Assembly (NCBI GenBank): GCA_049799335.1
Contig: JBARHR010000220.1
Coordinates: 5,055 to 69,054 of the forward strand
From: Gallionella sp.
Lineage (GTDB): Bacteria > Pseudomonadota > Gammaproteobacteria > Burkholderiales > Gallionellaceae
Reading direction: 5' to 3'
Length of the DNA stretch: 64,000 nucleotides
Below the pieces are notes generated by a model. The model was not told the DNA's origin and ran no database searches. It was given only the letters and a program-made list of their open reading frames with translations. The position numbers and the translations under genes were made by a program. Positions 30,714 to 40,172 of this stretch are shown one piece after another (position 1 is the first letter of the stretch; each line of letters opens with the position of its first letter).

Positions 30714-32297
30714 ATGGAATTTCCCGGCAAATCATCCCGAACATCCAGTCACGTTGAAATACGCCAGCTAGCCGTTCTAATCATAGTCGCAGCTGCAGGA
30801 CTAGTTGCGTATAGCAGTTGGCAAATCGACAAGGGCTTGAGCCTTTCTGACGGTGGCTTTCTCTGGTATGGGGCACAAAGAGTCATGCTTGGTGAAGTAC
30901 CCATGCGTGATTTCTTTGCTTACGATATCGGCCGCTATTATTGGTTGGCGGCGTTCATGAGAGTGCTGAACGATGGCGGCATCTTCGCGCTGCGCGTTGG
31001 CCTGAACATCTTTCAAATGCTCGCACTTCTACTCGGTTTGGTGACCATGGTGCGCAGCTGCAAAAGCCAATCCGGCGCGTTCTGGTTGATTGCGTTGTCC
31101 ACCGTGGTTGTCTGGATGACTCCGCAATTTCGCCTCATCGATTTATCACTGCCGCTTATTCTGATCAGCGCATTGGCTTTCCTCATAGAACGGCCTTCCT
31201 TGCGCCGATATTTCCTGGCAGGCGCGGTGCTGGGAATTGTCGCGGTATTCGGCCGGAATCACGGTTTGTACGGTTTGGCGGGCACTGTCTGCGTGATCCT
31301 CTATCTAAAATCAGACGTTCCGGGCAGGCCAACTTTCAAATCGGCTTTGCTCGTTTGGGCACTTGGTCTCGTCGTTGGCTACCTTCCGGTCCTGGTGTTT
31401 ATCGCGTTGGTGTACGGCTATGCGTCCGCGTTCTGGGATAGCGTCAGCGCGTTGATGCGATATCAGACCACCAATCTTCCTCTGCCGGTACCGTGGCCAT
31501 GGACGGTCAATTTCGAGGTAGTACCGCCGCTAGAAGCTGCAAGATCAGTACTGACAGGGGTGTTTTTTTTGGCTGACATCGCAATTGGCGTGTTCGGCAT
31601 GATGTGGCTCGTGGTAAAACGCTACCGTAACCAGCACGTTCCACCGGTACTGGTCGCCGCAATCGTTCTGGTGCTCCCTTATGCGCACTATGCCTATTCA
31701 CGAGCCGATATTGAACATCTGGCACTGGGTGTTCCGCCTTTGCTGATCGCCATCTTCGCGTTTCTGACCGTTGCTCCCGTCAAAATGAAGTGGCCATTCG
31801 CGGTTCTGCTTTGCAGTGCGAGCATGTTCGTCATGCTCCCGGCGCACCCCGGCTGGATTTGTTACACGCATGGAGAGTGTGTGCAGATCAATGTTACGGG
31901 CACGCAGCTCAAGGTGGACCGCGATACGGCCGCCGTCTTGCGAGGAATTACGCGGCTTGCTGAACGATACTCGCCGGGAGAACGTTCATTTCTGGTCGAG
32001 CCGTTCTGGCCGGGAGCATATGCGGCATTGCGGCGCAAGTCGCCAATGTGGGAAATCTATGTGTCCCCATTTTTGCGCGGTGCAGAATTTCAACGTTCCG
32101 AAATTGAACGGATCAGATACGCCAACCCGGGTTTTGTAGTGATCAACGATTTACCATTGGACGGTCGCGATGAGATGCGCTTTAGCAATTCGCACCGACT
32201 TATCGAACAGTACATACGCGAGAATTTCGTGCTCATTAGCGATCCTGGCCGTGCCACGCTGATGGAAATCTATGTAAACCCGGCCGCCATCAATTAG
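30714..32297 (+). CDS. Polytopic membrane protein, possibly a GT-C-type glycosyltransferase (function speculative)
   Basis: 527 aa. At least 10 hydrophobic helices and an early loop DGGFLWYGAQRVMLGEVPMRDFFAYD reminiscent of GT-C/PMT-like enzymes. The C-terminal ~130 aa are soluble. The coding call is solid and the function is weak. Confidence 0.6.
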   Translation: MEFPGKSSRTSSHVEIRQLAVLIIVAAAGLVAYSSWQIDKGLSLSDGGFLWYGAQRVMLGEVPMRDFFAYDIGRYYWLAAFMRVLNDGGIFALRVGLNIFQMLALLLGLVTMVRSCKSQSGAFWLIALSTVVVWMTPQFRLIDLSLPLILISALAFLIERPSLRRYFLAGAVLGIVAVFGRNHGLYGLAGTVCVILYLKSDVPGRPTFKSALLVWALGLVVGYLPVLVFIALVYGYASAFWDSVSALMRYQTTNLPLPVPWPWTVNFEVVPPLEAARSVLTGVFFLADIAIGVFGMMWLVVKRYRNQHVPPVLVAAIVLVLPYAHYAYSRADIEHLALGVPPLLIAIFAFLTVAPVKMKWPFAVLLCSASMFVMLPAHPGWICYTHGECVQINVTGTQLKVDRDTAAVLRGITRLAERYSPGERSFLVEPFWPGAYAALRRKSPMWEIYVSPFLRGAEFQRSEIERIRYANPGFVVINDLPLDGRDEMRFSNSHRLIEQYIRENFVLISDPGRATLMEIYVNPAAIN

Positions 32298-32298
32298 A

Positions 32299-34488
32299 TC
32301 AGCGCTGTCGGACTATCGGTGACCCGGAGATACCGCCACAAGATGCGTCCGCGTCGCGTTTCTCAATCCAAATCGCCTCCAGGCAGCCCTCAAAATTGCG
32401 CGCAAAACGTGATGCATCGAAAAGCGCTGACGCGCCAACTTGTGCGCGAAGCCTAGACCTCAGCGCGGACAGTGCGGCCCAATCTCTTCCAAAGGCCATG
32501 GCCTTGCCGAGGTACTCTTGTTCACTTTCAGCGATCCAGTCGCTCAGTCCTGCAGCGTGGAGCAAACTCGCTCCCTGACGGGACAGCAGCGTGTTTCCGC
32601 TCAGCGTCAGTGTCGGTACTCCCATCCACAAAGCTTCGCAGGTCGTCGTTCCGCCAGGGTAAGGAAAAGTATCGAGCAACACGTCAACTTCGCTGTGCGC
32701 CGCCAAATACGCATTGCGATCCACTGCACCCAGCAGGGATACACGCGCCGCATCGATACCTTGCTGCTCAAATTGCGCGTGCAGTTTTGTTGCGACCACC
32801 GCATCGCCAAATTGCTTGCACTGCCAGCGCAGGCGCGCAGACGGCAATGCGGCAAGCACCCCCGACCAGGCCGCAATAACTGCCTTGTTCACTTTCGCCA
32901 GGTTCTGGAAACTGCCGAAGGTGACGTAACGGTTCGATTGCGCGGGGAGCGGCGCGACAGGCAAATCCGGTTGTGGTGCGCTGAAACACAGACGCGTATC
33001 GGGCAAATAGCGGATCGATTCCGTGAAATTGGCATGAAGTTTTTCCGGAACACCGACCTGATCGGCCAATACATAATCCATCTCTCTGACTCCGGTGGTG
33101 GCAAAATATCCCAGCCAGGAAGCCTGCAATGGTGCCGGCTTCCACGCGAAAACCGGAAGACGGTTGTGCGCGGTATGGCCGGAAAGGTCCAGCAGAATAT
33201 GCAAACCGTCGCCATGAATCAGCCGTGCCGCCTGTTCATTGCTCAAGCCAGCCAACGGCCTCCACGCGGAAAAGCGCGGTTTGATACGCAAGGTCAGTTC
33301 GTCTGACTTGCGATCGGTCGGGTACGCGAACAATTCGATCCGGGCCGGATCGATATGCGCGAGCAGACCCTCAAGAAAGTATCCTACCGGATGATTACGC
33401 AAGTCCCCGGACACCATCCCGACGCGCAGAGGTTCAGCCGAGCAGTCGCATGCCCAGGAAACAAACGGTTGGAAAGCTTTGGAAGATGCCATGCGACCAT
33501 AAATGCGTGCCTGATCTAGGCAATACTCGGCAGAATATATTGCGGAATAATTCAGTATGAACAGCAAACTGCTCTGCGCGTCGGCGTAATCCGGCTTAAG
33601 TTCCAGCGCGCGTCGATAATTTGATATTGCACCATCGAGGTCTCCGATATCCTTCAGCAGTGATCCTATGTTGCCATAGGCTTCGGCGAAACCGGGATTG
33701 ATCTCGACTGCCCGCTGATAGCTTGCGAGTGCTTCCTGATATCGCGACAGCTCTTTGTACGTGGTGGCCAGATTATTGTGCGTGTCGGAGTGGCCTGGCC
33801 TAAGCTGTATCGCGCTTTCGTAACTTGCCACAGCTGCGCTGAGTTGTCCTTGCTCCCTCAACGCGTTGCCAAGATTGTAATAAGCATCGCCATAGTTGGG
33901 GTGCAATTGCAATGCATGGCGGTAACTTTCCACTGCTTCGCCGATTCGCCCGAGGTCCTTTAGTGCGGTACCGAGATTGTTGTGTGCTTCGGGAGAGTTC
34001 GGCTTGATCTGCAATGCGCGACGAAAGCCTTGTACGGCTGCGTCAAGCTGACCGAGGTCCTTGAGGACATTGCCGAGATTGCTGTGCGCTTCCGCATAGT
34101 TTTCCCTGATTGCCAATGCCCGCCGATAACTTGCAGCGGCCTCGTCGAGCTTTCCGGCAAGTTTCAACACCACACCCAGATTGAAGTGCACCTCCGCGTC
34201 CTCCGGCATCAGCTCGGCCGCTTTTTGAAACGCCGTTACTGCAATCTTGCCCTGCATTTGCTGCGCGGCACCGAGCAGCTTCCAGATAAAACCGGTGCCG
34301 GGATACTGGCGCAATAGTGATTGTGCTCGAACTTCCATTTCCGGATAAAGCCGCGCGTTGTACAACGCAAGCAATTCGCTAATCTGATTTGGTGGCGGCC
34401 CGGACGTCGCGGCCGCCTTGCCCTCGCAGCAATTCTTGAACTTCCTGCCGCTGCCACAGGTGCATGGATCGTTTCGGCCCGGTTTCAA
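32299..34488 (-). CDS. SEC-C motif / TPR repeat / SPINDLY-OGT-like (GT41, COG3914-type) glycosyltransferase
   Basis: (M)KPGRNDPCTCGSGRKFKNCCEG, then about 9 TPR units, then a C-terminal domain with GDLRNHPVGYFLEG, LDLSGHTAHNRLPVFAWKPAPLQASWLGY and GGTTTCEALWMGVPTLTL. The likely TTG start at 34488 overlaps the upstream stop (TTGA). An ATG at 34530 is the alternative. Confidence 0.85.
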   Translation of the reverse strand: MKPGRNDPCTCGSGRKFKNCCEGKAAATSGPPPNQISELLALYNARLYPEMEVRAQSLLRQYPGTGFIWKLLGAAQQMQGKIAVTAFQKAAELMPEDAEVHFNLGVVLKLAGKLDEAAASYRRALAIRENYAEAHSNLGNVLKDLGQLDAAVQGFRRALQIKPNSPEAHNNLGTALKDLGRIGEAVESYRHALQLHPNYGDAYYNLGNALREQGQLSAAVASYESAIQLRPGHSDTHNNLATTYKELSRYQEALASYQRAVEINPGFAEAYGNIGSLLKDIGDLDGAISNYRRALELKPDYADAQSSLLFILNYSAIYSAEYCLDQARIYGRMASSKAFQPFVSWACDCSAEPLRVGMVSGDLRNHPVGYFLEGLLAHIDPARIELFAYPTDRKSDELTLRIKPRFSAWRPLAGLSNEQAARLIHGDGLHILLDLSGHTAHNRLPVFAWKPAPLQASWLGYFATTGVREMDYVLADQVGVPEKLHANFTESIRYLPDTRLCFSAPQPDLPVAPLPAQSNRYVTFGSFQNLAKVNKAVIAAWSGVLAALPSARLRWQCKQFGDAVVATKLHAQFEQQGIDAARVSLLGAVDRNAYLAAHSEVDVLLDTFPYPGGTTTCEALWMGVPTLTLSGNTLLSRQGASLLHAAGLSDWIAESEQEYLGKAMAFGRDWAALSALRSRLRAQVGASALFDASRFARNFEGCLEAIWIEKRDADASCGGISGSPIVRQR

Positions 34489-36440
34489 GCGTGACCGCCC
34501 GCATTTGTATCCTTTTGCCACATTTCCCAAAGAGCATGCTCAAAATTGCGAGCGAATCGGGGTGCATCGAACAACGGTGAAGTCAGTACCTGCTCGCGCA
34601 GCCTTACGCGTAAGGCTGCCAAGTCAGGGGTATTGGAAGCATAATGGGCTGCCTTGCGGACATAGTCATCCTTGTCGGCTGCGACCCAATCCGGCAATCC
34701 GGCGTAGCAGGCTACACTTTTTGCTGTCAGGGACAGGAAGCGATCTCCCAGCAATGTCAGTACCGGCACACCCATCCACAATGCCTCAACGCTGGTGGTT
34801 ACACCGGGGTAGGGAAACGGGTCCAGTGCGATGTCCACTTTGCCGTACTCAGCCAGATGCTCCGGTATGGACCCCGACCGACCTGCCAGCAGCAATCGTT
34901 CGGGAACAACGCCACAAGACGCAAAGCGCTGCCGGGTTTGTTCGCAGATGCGCTCATCATTCAACTGAGCGGACTTCAGGTACAACACGGAGTCGGGCAC
35001 TTTGAGCAGTAGCTGCGCCCAAAGTGCGACAACGTCATCGTTCATCTTGGTGAGATTGTTGAAGCTACCAAAAGTGACAAATCCGTTTGTATCTGCCGGG
35101 AGCGACGATACCGGCAGCGGGTAGGCGGGCGGGGAAAAGCATAAATAGCAGTCCGGGAGTCTCCACACCTGCTCGGAAAAATGCCCTTCGTGTGCAACCG
35201 GTATGGCTAGGGAATCGCCAAGTATGTAGTCAATCTCGCCGATGCCGGTTGTGTACGGAAATCCCAGCCAGCTAACCTGGACCGGAGCCGGCTTGTATGC
35301 GAATACCGGCAAACGATTGTTCGCCGTGTGACCGGACACGTCTATCAGGACATGTACGCCATCGCCATGGATCATACGCGCGGCCGCTTCGTCGTTCATT
35401 GAAAACAACGGCCTCCATGCCGAAAAAAATGGGCGGATACGTTGAGTCAGATTGTCTTCCTTGTAGTACGTTGGATAGGCGACAAACTCGATGCGTGCGG
35501 GATCAATCTGCGCCAGAAAACCTTCCAGAAAGTGACCCACTGAATGTGCTCGCAGGTCACCCGATACCAGTCCGACGCGCAGACGTTCTGGCGTCTTGTC
35601 ACAATGCCATTCGGTAAAGTGTGCGGTGGCTTTTTCCGAAAATAGCTTGCCGAACCGGCGCGCTTGTTCAAGACAATATTCTGGTGAATATCCGGACGTG
35701 TAATTTTGGACAAACAGCATATTGCTGTATGCCTCAGAAAGATCGGGCTTGATATCCAGCGCACGGCGGTAGCTGGCCAGCGCGGCTACAATATCTCCCA
35801 TTTCCTTATGGAGGTTGCCGAGATTTCCCAGAGTTTTGTAGTTGTTCGGGTTGAGCTTTGTCGCTTCCGTATAGCTTGCTAACGCTTCATCGAACTGGCC
35901 CAGTTCCTTAAGGAACGTACCGAGATTATTGTGCGCCTCGGCGTAGTCCGGCCTGAGTCGCACGGCACGCCTCGCACTCTTCACAGCTTCACTGATTTTG
36001 CCGCGTTCAAAAAGGATAACGCCATAGTTATTCTGCGCTTCGGCCGAATCCGGCCCGAGCTCGGCGACGCGACGGTAGCATTCCTCGGCATCCGCCACTT
36101 GCCCAAGTTGAAAGAACGCCGTGCCCAGCTTGAACTGTGCCTCTGAATCAGCCGGCATCAGTGCGGCGGTCTTTTGCAGGGCGGGCAATGCATTTTTTCT
36201 CTGCATTTGCAACGAGGCACCCAGCAATTTCCAGGCAACTCCGGAACTCGGATAAACAGCGACCAGCTTTTGCGCGCGACTCTCCAGCTCCACAAAGCGA
36301 CGCGCATTGAACAACGCCATCAACCGGTTCAATTCAACGGCAGAAGGTGCGGCGGAACGGGACGACAATTTGCCTTCGCAGCAATGCTTGTATTTCTTGC
36401 CGCTGCCGCAGCCGCAGGGGTCATTTCTTCCTGGTTTCAT
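34485..36440 (-). CDS. SEC-C motif / TPR repeat / SPINDLY-OGT-like (GT41, COG3914-type) glycosyltransferase, tandem paralogue
   Basis: Starts MKPGRNDPCGCGSGKKYKHCCEG. It has fewer TPRs and the same C-terminal blocks (GDLRAHSVGHFLEG, IDVSGHTANNRLPVFAYKPAPVQVSWLGF, GVTTSVEALWMGVPVLTL). Confidence 0.85.
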   Translation of the reverse strand: MKPGRNDPCGCGSGKKYKHCCEGKLSSRSAAPSAVELNRLMALFNARRFVELESRAQKLVAVYPSSGVAWKLLGASLQMQRKNALPALQKTAALMPADSEAQFKLGTAFFQLGQVADAEECYRRVAELGPDSAEAQNNYGVILFERGKISEAVKSARRAVRLRPDYAEAHNNLGTFLKELGQFDEALASYTEATKLNPNNYKTLGNLGNLHKEMGDIVAALASYRRALDIKPDLSEAYSNMLFVQNYTSGYSPEYCLEQARRFGKLFSEKATAHFTEWHCDKTPERLRVGLVSGDLRAHSVGHFLEGFLAQIDPARIEFVAYPTYYKEDNLTQRIRPFFSAWRPLFSMNDEAAARMIHGDGVHVLIDVSGHTANNRLPVFAYKPAPVQVSWLGFPYTTGIGEIDYILGDSLAIPVAHEGHFSEQVWRLPDCYLCFSPPAYPLPVSSLPADTNGFVTFGSFNNLTKMNDDVVALWAQLLLKVPDSVLYLKSAQLNDERICEQTRQRFASCGVVPERLLLAGRSGSIPEHLAEYGKVDIALDPFPYPGVTTSVEALWMGVPVLTLLGDRFLSLTAKSVACYAGLPDWVAADKDDYVRKAAHYASNTPDLAALRVRLREQVLTSPLFDAPRFARNFEHALWEMWQKDTNAGGHA

Positions 36441-36753
36441 TTTCGTAAGTTTGAAGACTGTTAGCAGTAACCGACATGTTACCGAGCAAACAATGCGACG
36501 CTGTCCAAATCAAACACCGGACTGTTCAATCGCGACTGAAGCAAATCGAAAATCAGGTTTCGTATCCAACAAATTGATTATTTCAAATATGTGCAATGTG
36601 TTCCAGCCTTTTCGTTCGATGGCAGAACTCGCGAGTATCGGTGTAGTTCGGATGCCCGTTGCAACACGCTGAAAATTTGGTCCGCGCCATTTGATTTTGT
36701 TCGACACCGGTGTCAAGCTCTCCGAAATATCTGGCTGGCTACAGGGGGAAAGT

Positions 36754-37398
36754 TTGTTTATTGGCCATTTCGGCGTGGGGTTCGGATCCAAGGAAGTCGC
36801 CAGAAATGTGTCGCTGGGCACGTTGCTTATGGCGGCGCAATTCATTGATCTGCTCTGGCCAACGTTATTGCTGTTTGGCGTGGAAAAAGTTCAAATCGCT
36901 CCCGGCGCCACTACAGTCACACCATTGCGGTTCGTGCATTACCCGGTTTCGCACAGTTTGCTGGCTGTTATTTGCTGGGGTTTGCTGGTCGGTGCAGCGC
37001 ACTTTGTCGCACGGCGGCAGTACAAATCTGCACTCATTGTGGGTTTGCTGGTTGTCAGTCACTGGCTACTCGACGTAATCGTTCATCAACCGGACTTGCC
37101 GCTCTATCCCGGCAGTTCCACATTGTTGGGCATGAATTTGTGGCAATCATTGCCAGCCACCCTCGCTGCAGAACTCACCCTATTTACGTTGGGTATCGTG
37201 GCTTATACAAGAGCCACGGTAGCTAAAGACCGTGCCGGTAGGTGGGGACTATGGGGACTGGTTGCATTCTTGTTGACTATTTATGCGGCCAACTTGTTTG
37301 GGCCCCCGCCACCTAGTGTTGCGGCGGTAGCGTGGGCAGGGCACCTGCAATGGCTATTTGTCATTTGGGGATATTGGCTGGACAAACATCGCGTTTGA
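36754..37398 (+). CDS. Integral membrane protein, unknown function
   Basis: About 6 hydrophobic helices with conserved-looking His residues (FIGHFGVG, HYPVSHSLL, VSHWLLDVIVHQPDLPL). The start is uncertain: TTG 36754 after GGGGAA, or TTG 36691 as in the track. Confidence 0.7.
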   Translation: MFIGHFGVGFGSKEVARNVSLGTLLMAAQFIDLLWPTLLLFGVEKVQIAPGATTVTPLRFVHYPVSHSLLAVICWGLLVGAAHFVARRQYKSALIVGLLVVSHWLLDVIVHQPDLPLYPGSSTLLGMNLWQSLPATLAAELTLFTLGIVAYTRATVAKDRAGRWGLWGLVAFLLTIYAANLFGPPPPSVAAVAWAGHLQWLFVIWGYWLDKHRV

Positions 37399-37445
37399 GG
37401 CACCGGAGCCGATCAGCGCCGATGTTTGTCAGGGGGAGGAAAGGT

Positions 37446-37775
37446 ATGGCATTCGATGAGGGTCTGGCAGAGCGTATCCGCGAGGTACTCGGGGATCGCG
37501 GCGGCGTGGTGGAAAAGAAAATGTTCGGCGGTCTGGCGTTCCTGCTTAACGGCCATATGTTCATAGGCATAAGCGGCGAAAATTTGATGGCCAGGGTAGG
37601 GGTGGACGGATATGAATTAGCGTTGCATCGGCCACACGTGCGCGTCATGGACTTTACCGGGAAGCCAATGAAAGGCTATGTATACGTGGACACAGACGGT
37701 TACGAGTCTGACGATAGTCTGCGGTTCTGGGTGAACGTTTGTGTTGAATTCGTCGAATCGCTGCCACCAAAATGA
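37446..37775 (+). CDS. TfoX N-terminal-domain protein
   Basis: The ATG at 37446 follows GGAGGA. MAFDEGLAERIREVL...KKMFGGLAFLLNGHMF is the TfoX_N pattern. 109 aa. Confidence 0.8.
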   Translation: MAFDEGLAERIREVLGDRGGVVEKKMFGGLAFLLNGHMFIGISGENLMARVGVDGYELALHRPHVRVMDFTGKPMKGYVYVDTDGYESDDSLRFWVNVCVEFVESLPPK

Positions 37776-37887
37776 ACGCAGTTTGAAACACGAGGTGTAC
37801 GCTTACCGCGTTTCTCAGAATCGGTTGTCGCCCGCAGCGCTGCTTTGAACTACAATCCCGAACACACCCTCAGGAGCACTTTCTATC

Positions 37888-38922
37888 ATGCAACAACTTG
37901 CTATCACGCGACCTGACGATTGGCACTTGCATCTTCGTGATGGCGTATTGATGCAGTCGGCGTTGCGGGACTCGGCGCGGCAATTTGCACGTGCCATCGT
38001 CATGCCCAACCTCAGACCGCCGGTGACTACTACGCAAGCTGCACGTGAGTATCGTGCGCGTATTGTCGGTGCGCTGCCATCGGGTTCCTCGTTCGAACCG
38101 CTGATGACAATTTATCTGACCGACAACACCTCGGCAGATGAAATTCGCCGGGCCAACGCAAGCGGGATCGTTCATGGCGTCAAGCTATACCCGGCCGGTG
38201 CGACCACCAATTCCGACGCGGGCGTAACCGATTTGCACAACACATACCCGGCGCTTGACGCAATGCAACAATGCGGGATGCCGTTACTGGTGCATGGTGA
38301 AGTGACCGATCCGAACGTCGACATTTTTGACCGCGAAGCCGTGTTCATAGAGCGCGTGTTGCAGCCATTGTTGAAAGATATGCCCGGCCTGCGCGTGGTG
38401 TTTGAACATATCACCAGCAAGCAGGCGGCACAATTTGTAGCGGATGCTCCGGCGCACATTGCCGCCACGATTACTGCGCATCATTTGCTCTACAACCGCA
38501 ATGCCATGCTGGTGGGCGGTATCCGTCCGCACTACTACTGTTTGCCGGTGCTCAAGCGTGAAGCCCATCGCACGGCACTACTCACTGTGGCTACCAGCGG
38601 CAGCGCGAAGTTCTTTCTCGGTACCGATAGCGCACCGCACGCGCAACACACCAAGGAAACGAGCTGCGGTTGCGCGGGTTGCTACACGGCGTTTGCCGCG
38701 ATCGAGTTGTACGCCGAGGCGTTCGAGTCGGCCAACGCGCTGGATAGACTGGAGGGGTTCGCCAGCTTTTACGGCGCGGATTACTATGGCCTCGCGCGAA
38801 ACAAAACGACCGTTACGTTGCGCAAAACAATGTGGCAGGTGCCGGATTCGCTGGAGTTTGGCGAGCACCGGCTTGTGCCGCTTAGAGCCGGCGAAACGCT
38901 CGCCTGGAAACTGGAGTCGTAG
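37888..38922 (+). CDS. pyrC: Dihydroorotase (homodimeric type)
   Basis: [14 protein letters not shown] metal site, ...VMPNL.PP, ...[11 protein letters not shown] and ...LGTDSAPH. 344 aa. Confidence 0.95.
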   Translation: MQQLAITRPDDWHLHLRDGVLMQSALRDSARQFARAIVMPNLRPPVTTTQAAREYRARIVGALPSGSSFEPLMTIYLTDNTSADEIRRANASGIVHGVKLYPAGATTNSDAGVTDLHNTYPALDAMQQCGMPLLVHGEVTDPNVDIFDREAVFIERVLQPLLKDMPGLRVVFEHITSKQAAQFVADAPAHIAATITAHHLLYNRNAMLVGGIRPHYYCLPVLKREAHRTALLTVATSGSAKFFLGTDSAPHAQHTKETSCGCAGCYTAFAAIELYAEAFESANALDRLEGFASFYGADYYGLARNKTTVTLRKTMWQVPDSLEFGEHRLVPLRAGETLAWKLES

Positions 38923-38924
38923 CG

Positions 38925-39464
38925 GTGCCGACATCGGCATATCTGGATATTAGCCCGGTACTTGGCGAGCGTACCTTTCTTCACAAGTCCTGTCAGGTCA
39001 TCGGCGAAGTGATGCTTGGTGAAGATGTGTCGATCTGGTGCAATACCGTGTTACGTGGCGACGTGAATCGCATCATCGTCGGCAAGGGATCCAACGTGCA
39101 GGATCTGACGGTGTGTCATGTGTCGCACAAAACCGCGGAAAACCCGGCGGGTTCCCCGCTGGTCATCGGGGATTATGTAACTGTTGGCCATTCGGTGATT
39201 CTGCACGGCTGCACCATAGGCAACGAATGTCTGATCGGCATGGGATCCATCATCATGGATGATGCGGTGATCGGGGAAAGCGTGATGCTTGGCGCCGGTA
39301 GCCTGGTTTCGCCGGGCAAGATTCTGGAAAGTGGAACGCTTTACGTGGGACGACCAGCCAGGGCAGTGCGTGTGTTGACACCAGATGAACTAAAGTATCT
39401 GCGCTATTCGGCCGACCACTATATGAAATTGAAAAATAATTACCTGCCCGCGCCGGGGAACTAG
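38925..39464 (+). CDS. Gamma-carbonic-anhydrase-like / hexapeptide-repeat (YrdA/PaaY-type) protein
   Basis: Left-handed beta-helix repeats with IWCNTVLRGDVNRIIVGKGSNVQD and HVSH...GDYVTVGH. GTG start 3 nt after the pyrC stop. Confidence 0.9.
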   Translation: MPTSAYLDISPVLGERTFLHKSCQVIGEVMLGEDVSIWCNTVLRGDVNRIIVGKGSNVQDLTVCHVSHKTAENPAGSPLVIGDYVTVGHSVILHGCTIGNECLIGMGSIIMDDAVIGESVMLGAGSLVSPGKILESGTLYVGRPARAVRVLTPDELKYLRYSADHYMKLKNNYLPAPGN

Positions 39465-39466
39465 AC

Positions 39467-39841
39467 ATGTTTTCCAACAGCTTCCTGCTGAAGGACGAGC
39501 GTGAGATCGAAGTAGAGATCGAGCGCAAGTGTCTGGCGCTCGGACTCGACTGCACCGATGGGTATGCGGTTAGTCGGCTGGCGCGTGAGTTGATAAACCA
39601 CATAGACACACTGCGGAAGGCCGCGAACGACGGCGACATGCATGCGCGCATCAAGGTGGAGCTATACGGACTTGCAATGCTGATGCACATGACCAACACG
39701 GAAACCTTTGGTCCGGGTTACATGAGCCAGATCAAATCACTGTCAAAAAGCGAGTCGGCATGGTCGGCGATTGCCCAAGCGATATGGAATGAACTTGATC
39801 GTAGCGCTCCGACCGGCGGGAGTCAGGATACAAAAGAATGA
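39467..39841 (+). CDS. Hypothetical protein (no family recognised)
   Basis: 124-aa ORF starting 3 nt after the upstream stop. Its own stop overlaps the next start (ATGA). The tight operon packing supports translation. Confidence 0.6.
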   Translation: MFSNSFLLKDEREIEVEIERKCLALGLDCTDGYAVSRLARELINHIDTLRKAANDGDMHARIKVELYGLAMLMHMTNTETFGPGYMSQIKSLSKSESAWSAIAQAIWNELDRSAPTGGSQDTKE

Positions 39842-40152
39842 CTAGAGACATTCCACAAGATTTGTATAAAGCCAAAGTAAATCTGGAAACCGCGCAAATC
39901 GCATGGAAGGAACTACAACGGTTATTTGCCGGAGGTGTCGTGCTGATGATTTCGCGCGAACTTGATTTGGTAGAGGTCGCGTTCCAAATATCCAAAGACA
40001 ATGTTGGGCTGATCAGGGGATGGGCCGAACAGGGCAAGTTGCTCAAGGTTTCCGATACACAGGCCGCTTCATGGTTCGAAGACGATGCGCTGGTGTGGGC
40101 GGTAGTGGCCAGTCCGTGGGTGCTGGTGCAGCCAGCGGATAAGCTGCAGTAA
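39838..40152 (+). CDS. DUF2288-like protein
   Basis: 104 aa. The pattern ...IAWKELQRLFAGGVV..ISRELDLVEVA..I..D.....GW...G.L.......A..W......WAVV.SPWVLVQ matches my recollection of DUF2288. Confidence 0.7.
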   Translation: MTRDIPQDLYKAKVNLETAQIAWKELQRLFAGGVVLMISRELDLVEVAFQISKDNVGLIRGWAEQGKLLKVSDTQAASWFEDDALVWAVVASPWVLVQPADKLQ

Positions 40153-40172
40153 ATGGATATAGGAGGGCAACA

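Noticed and set aside
37830-37860. Sigma-70 promoter for pyrC (TACAAT at about 37851 with TTGTCG upstream)
   Set aside because: The spacing between the candidate -35 and -10 hexamers is about 20 nt, outside the 16-18 nt optimum. It cannot be supported without transcript-start data.
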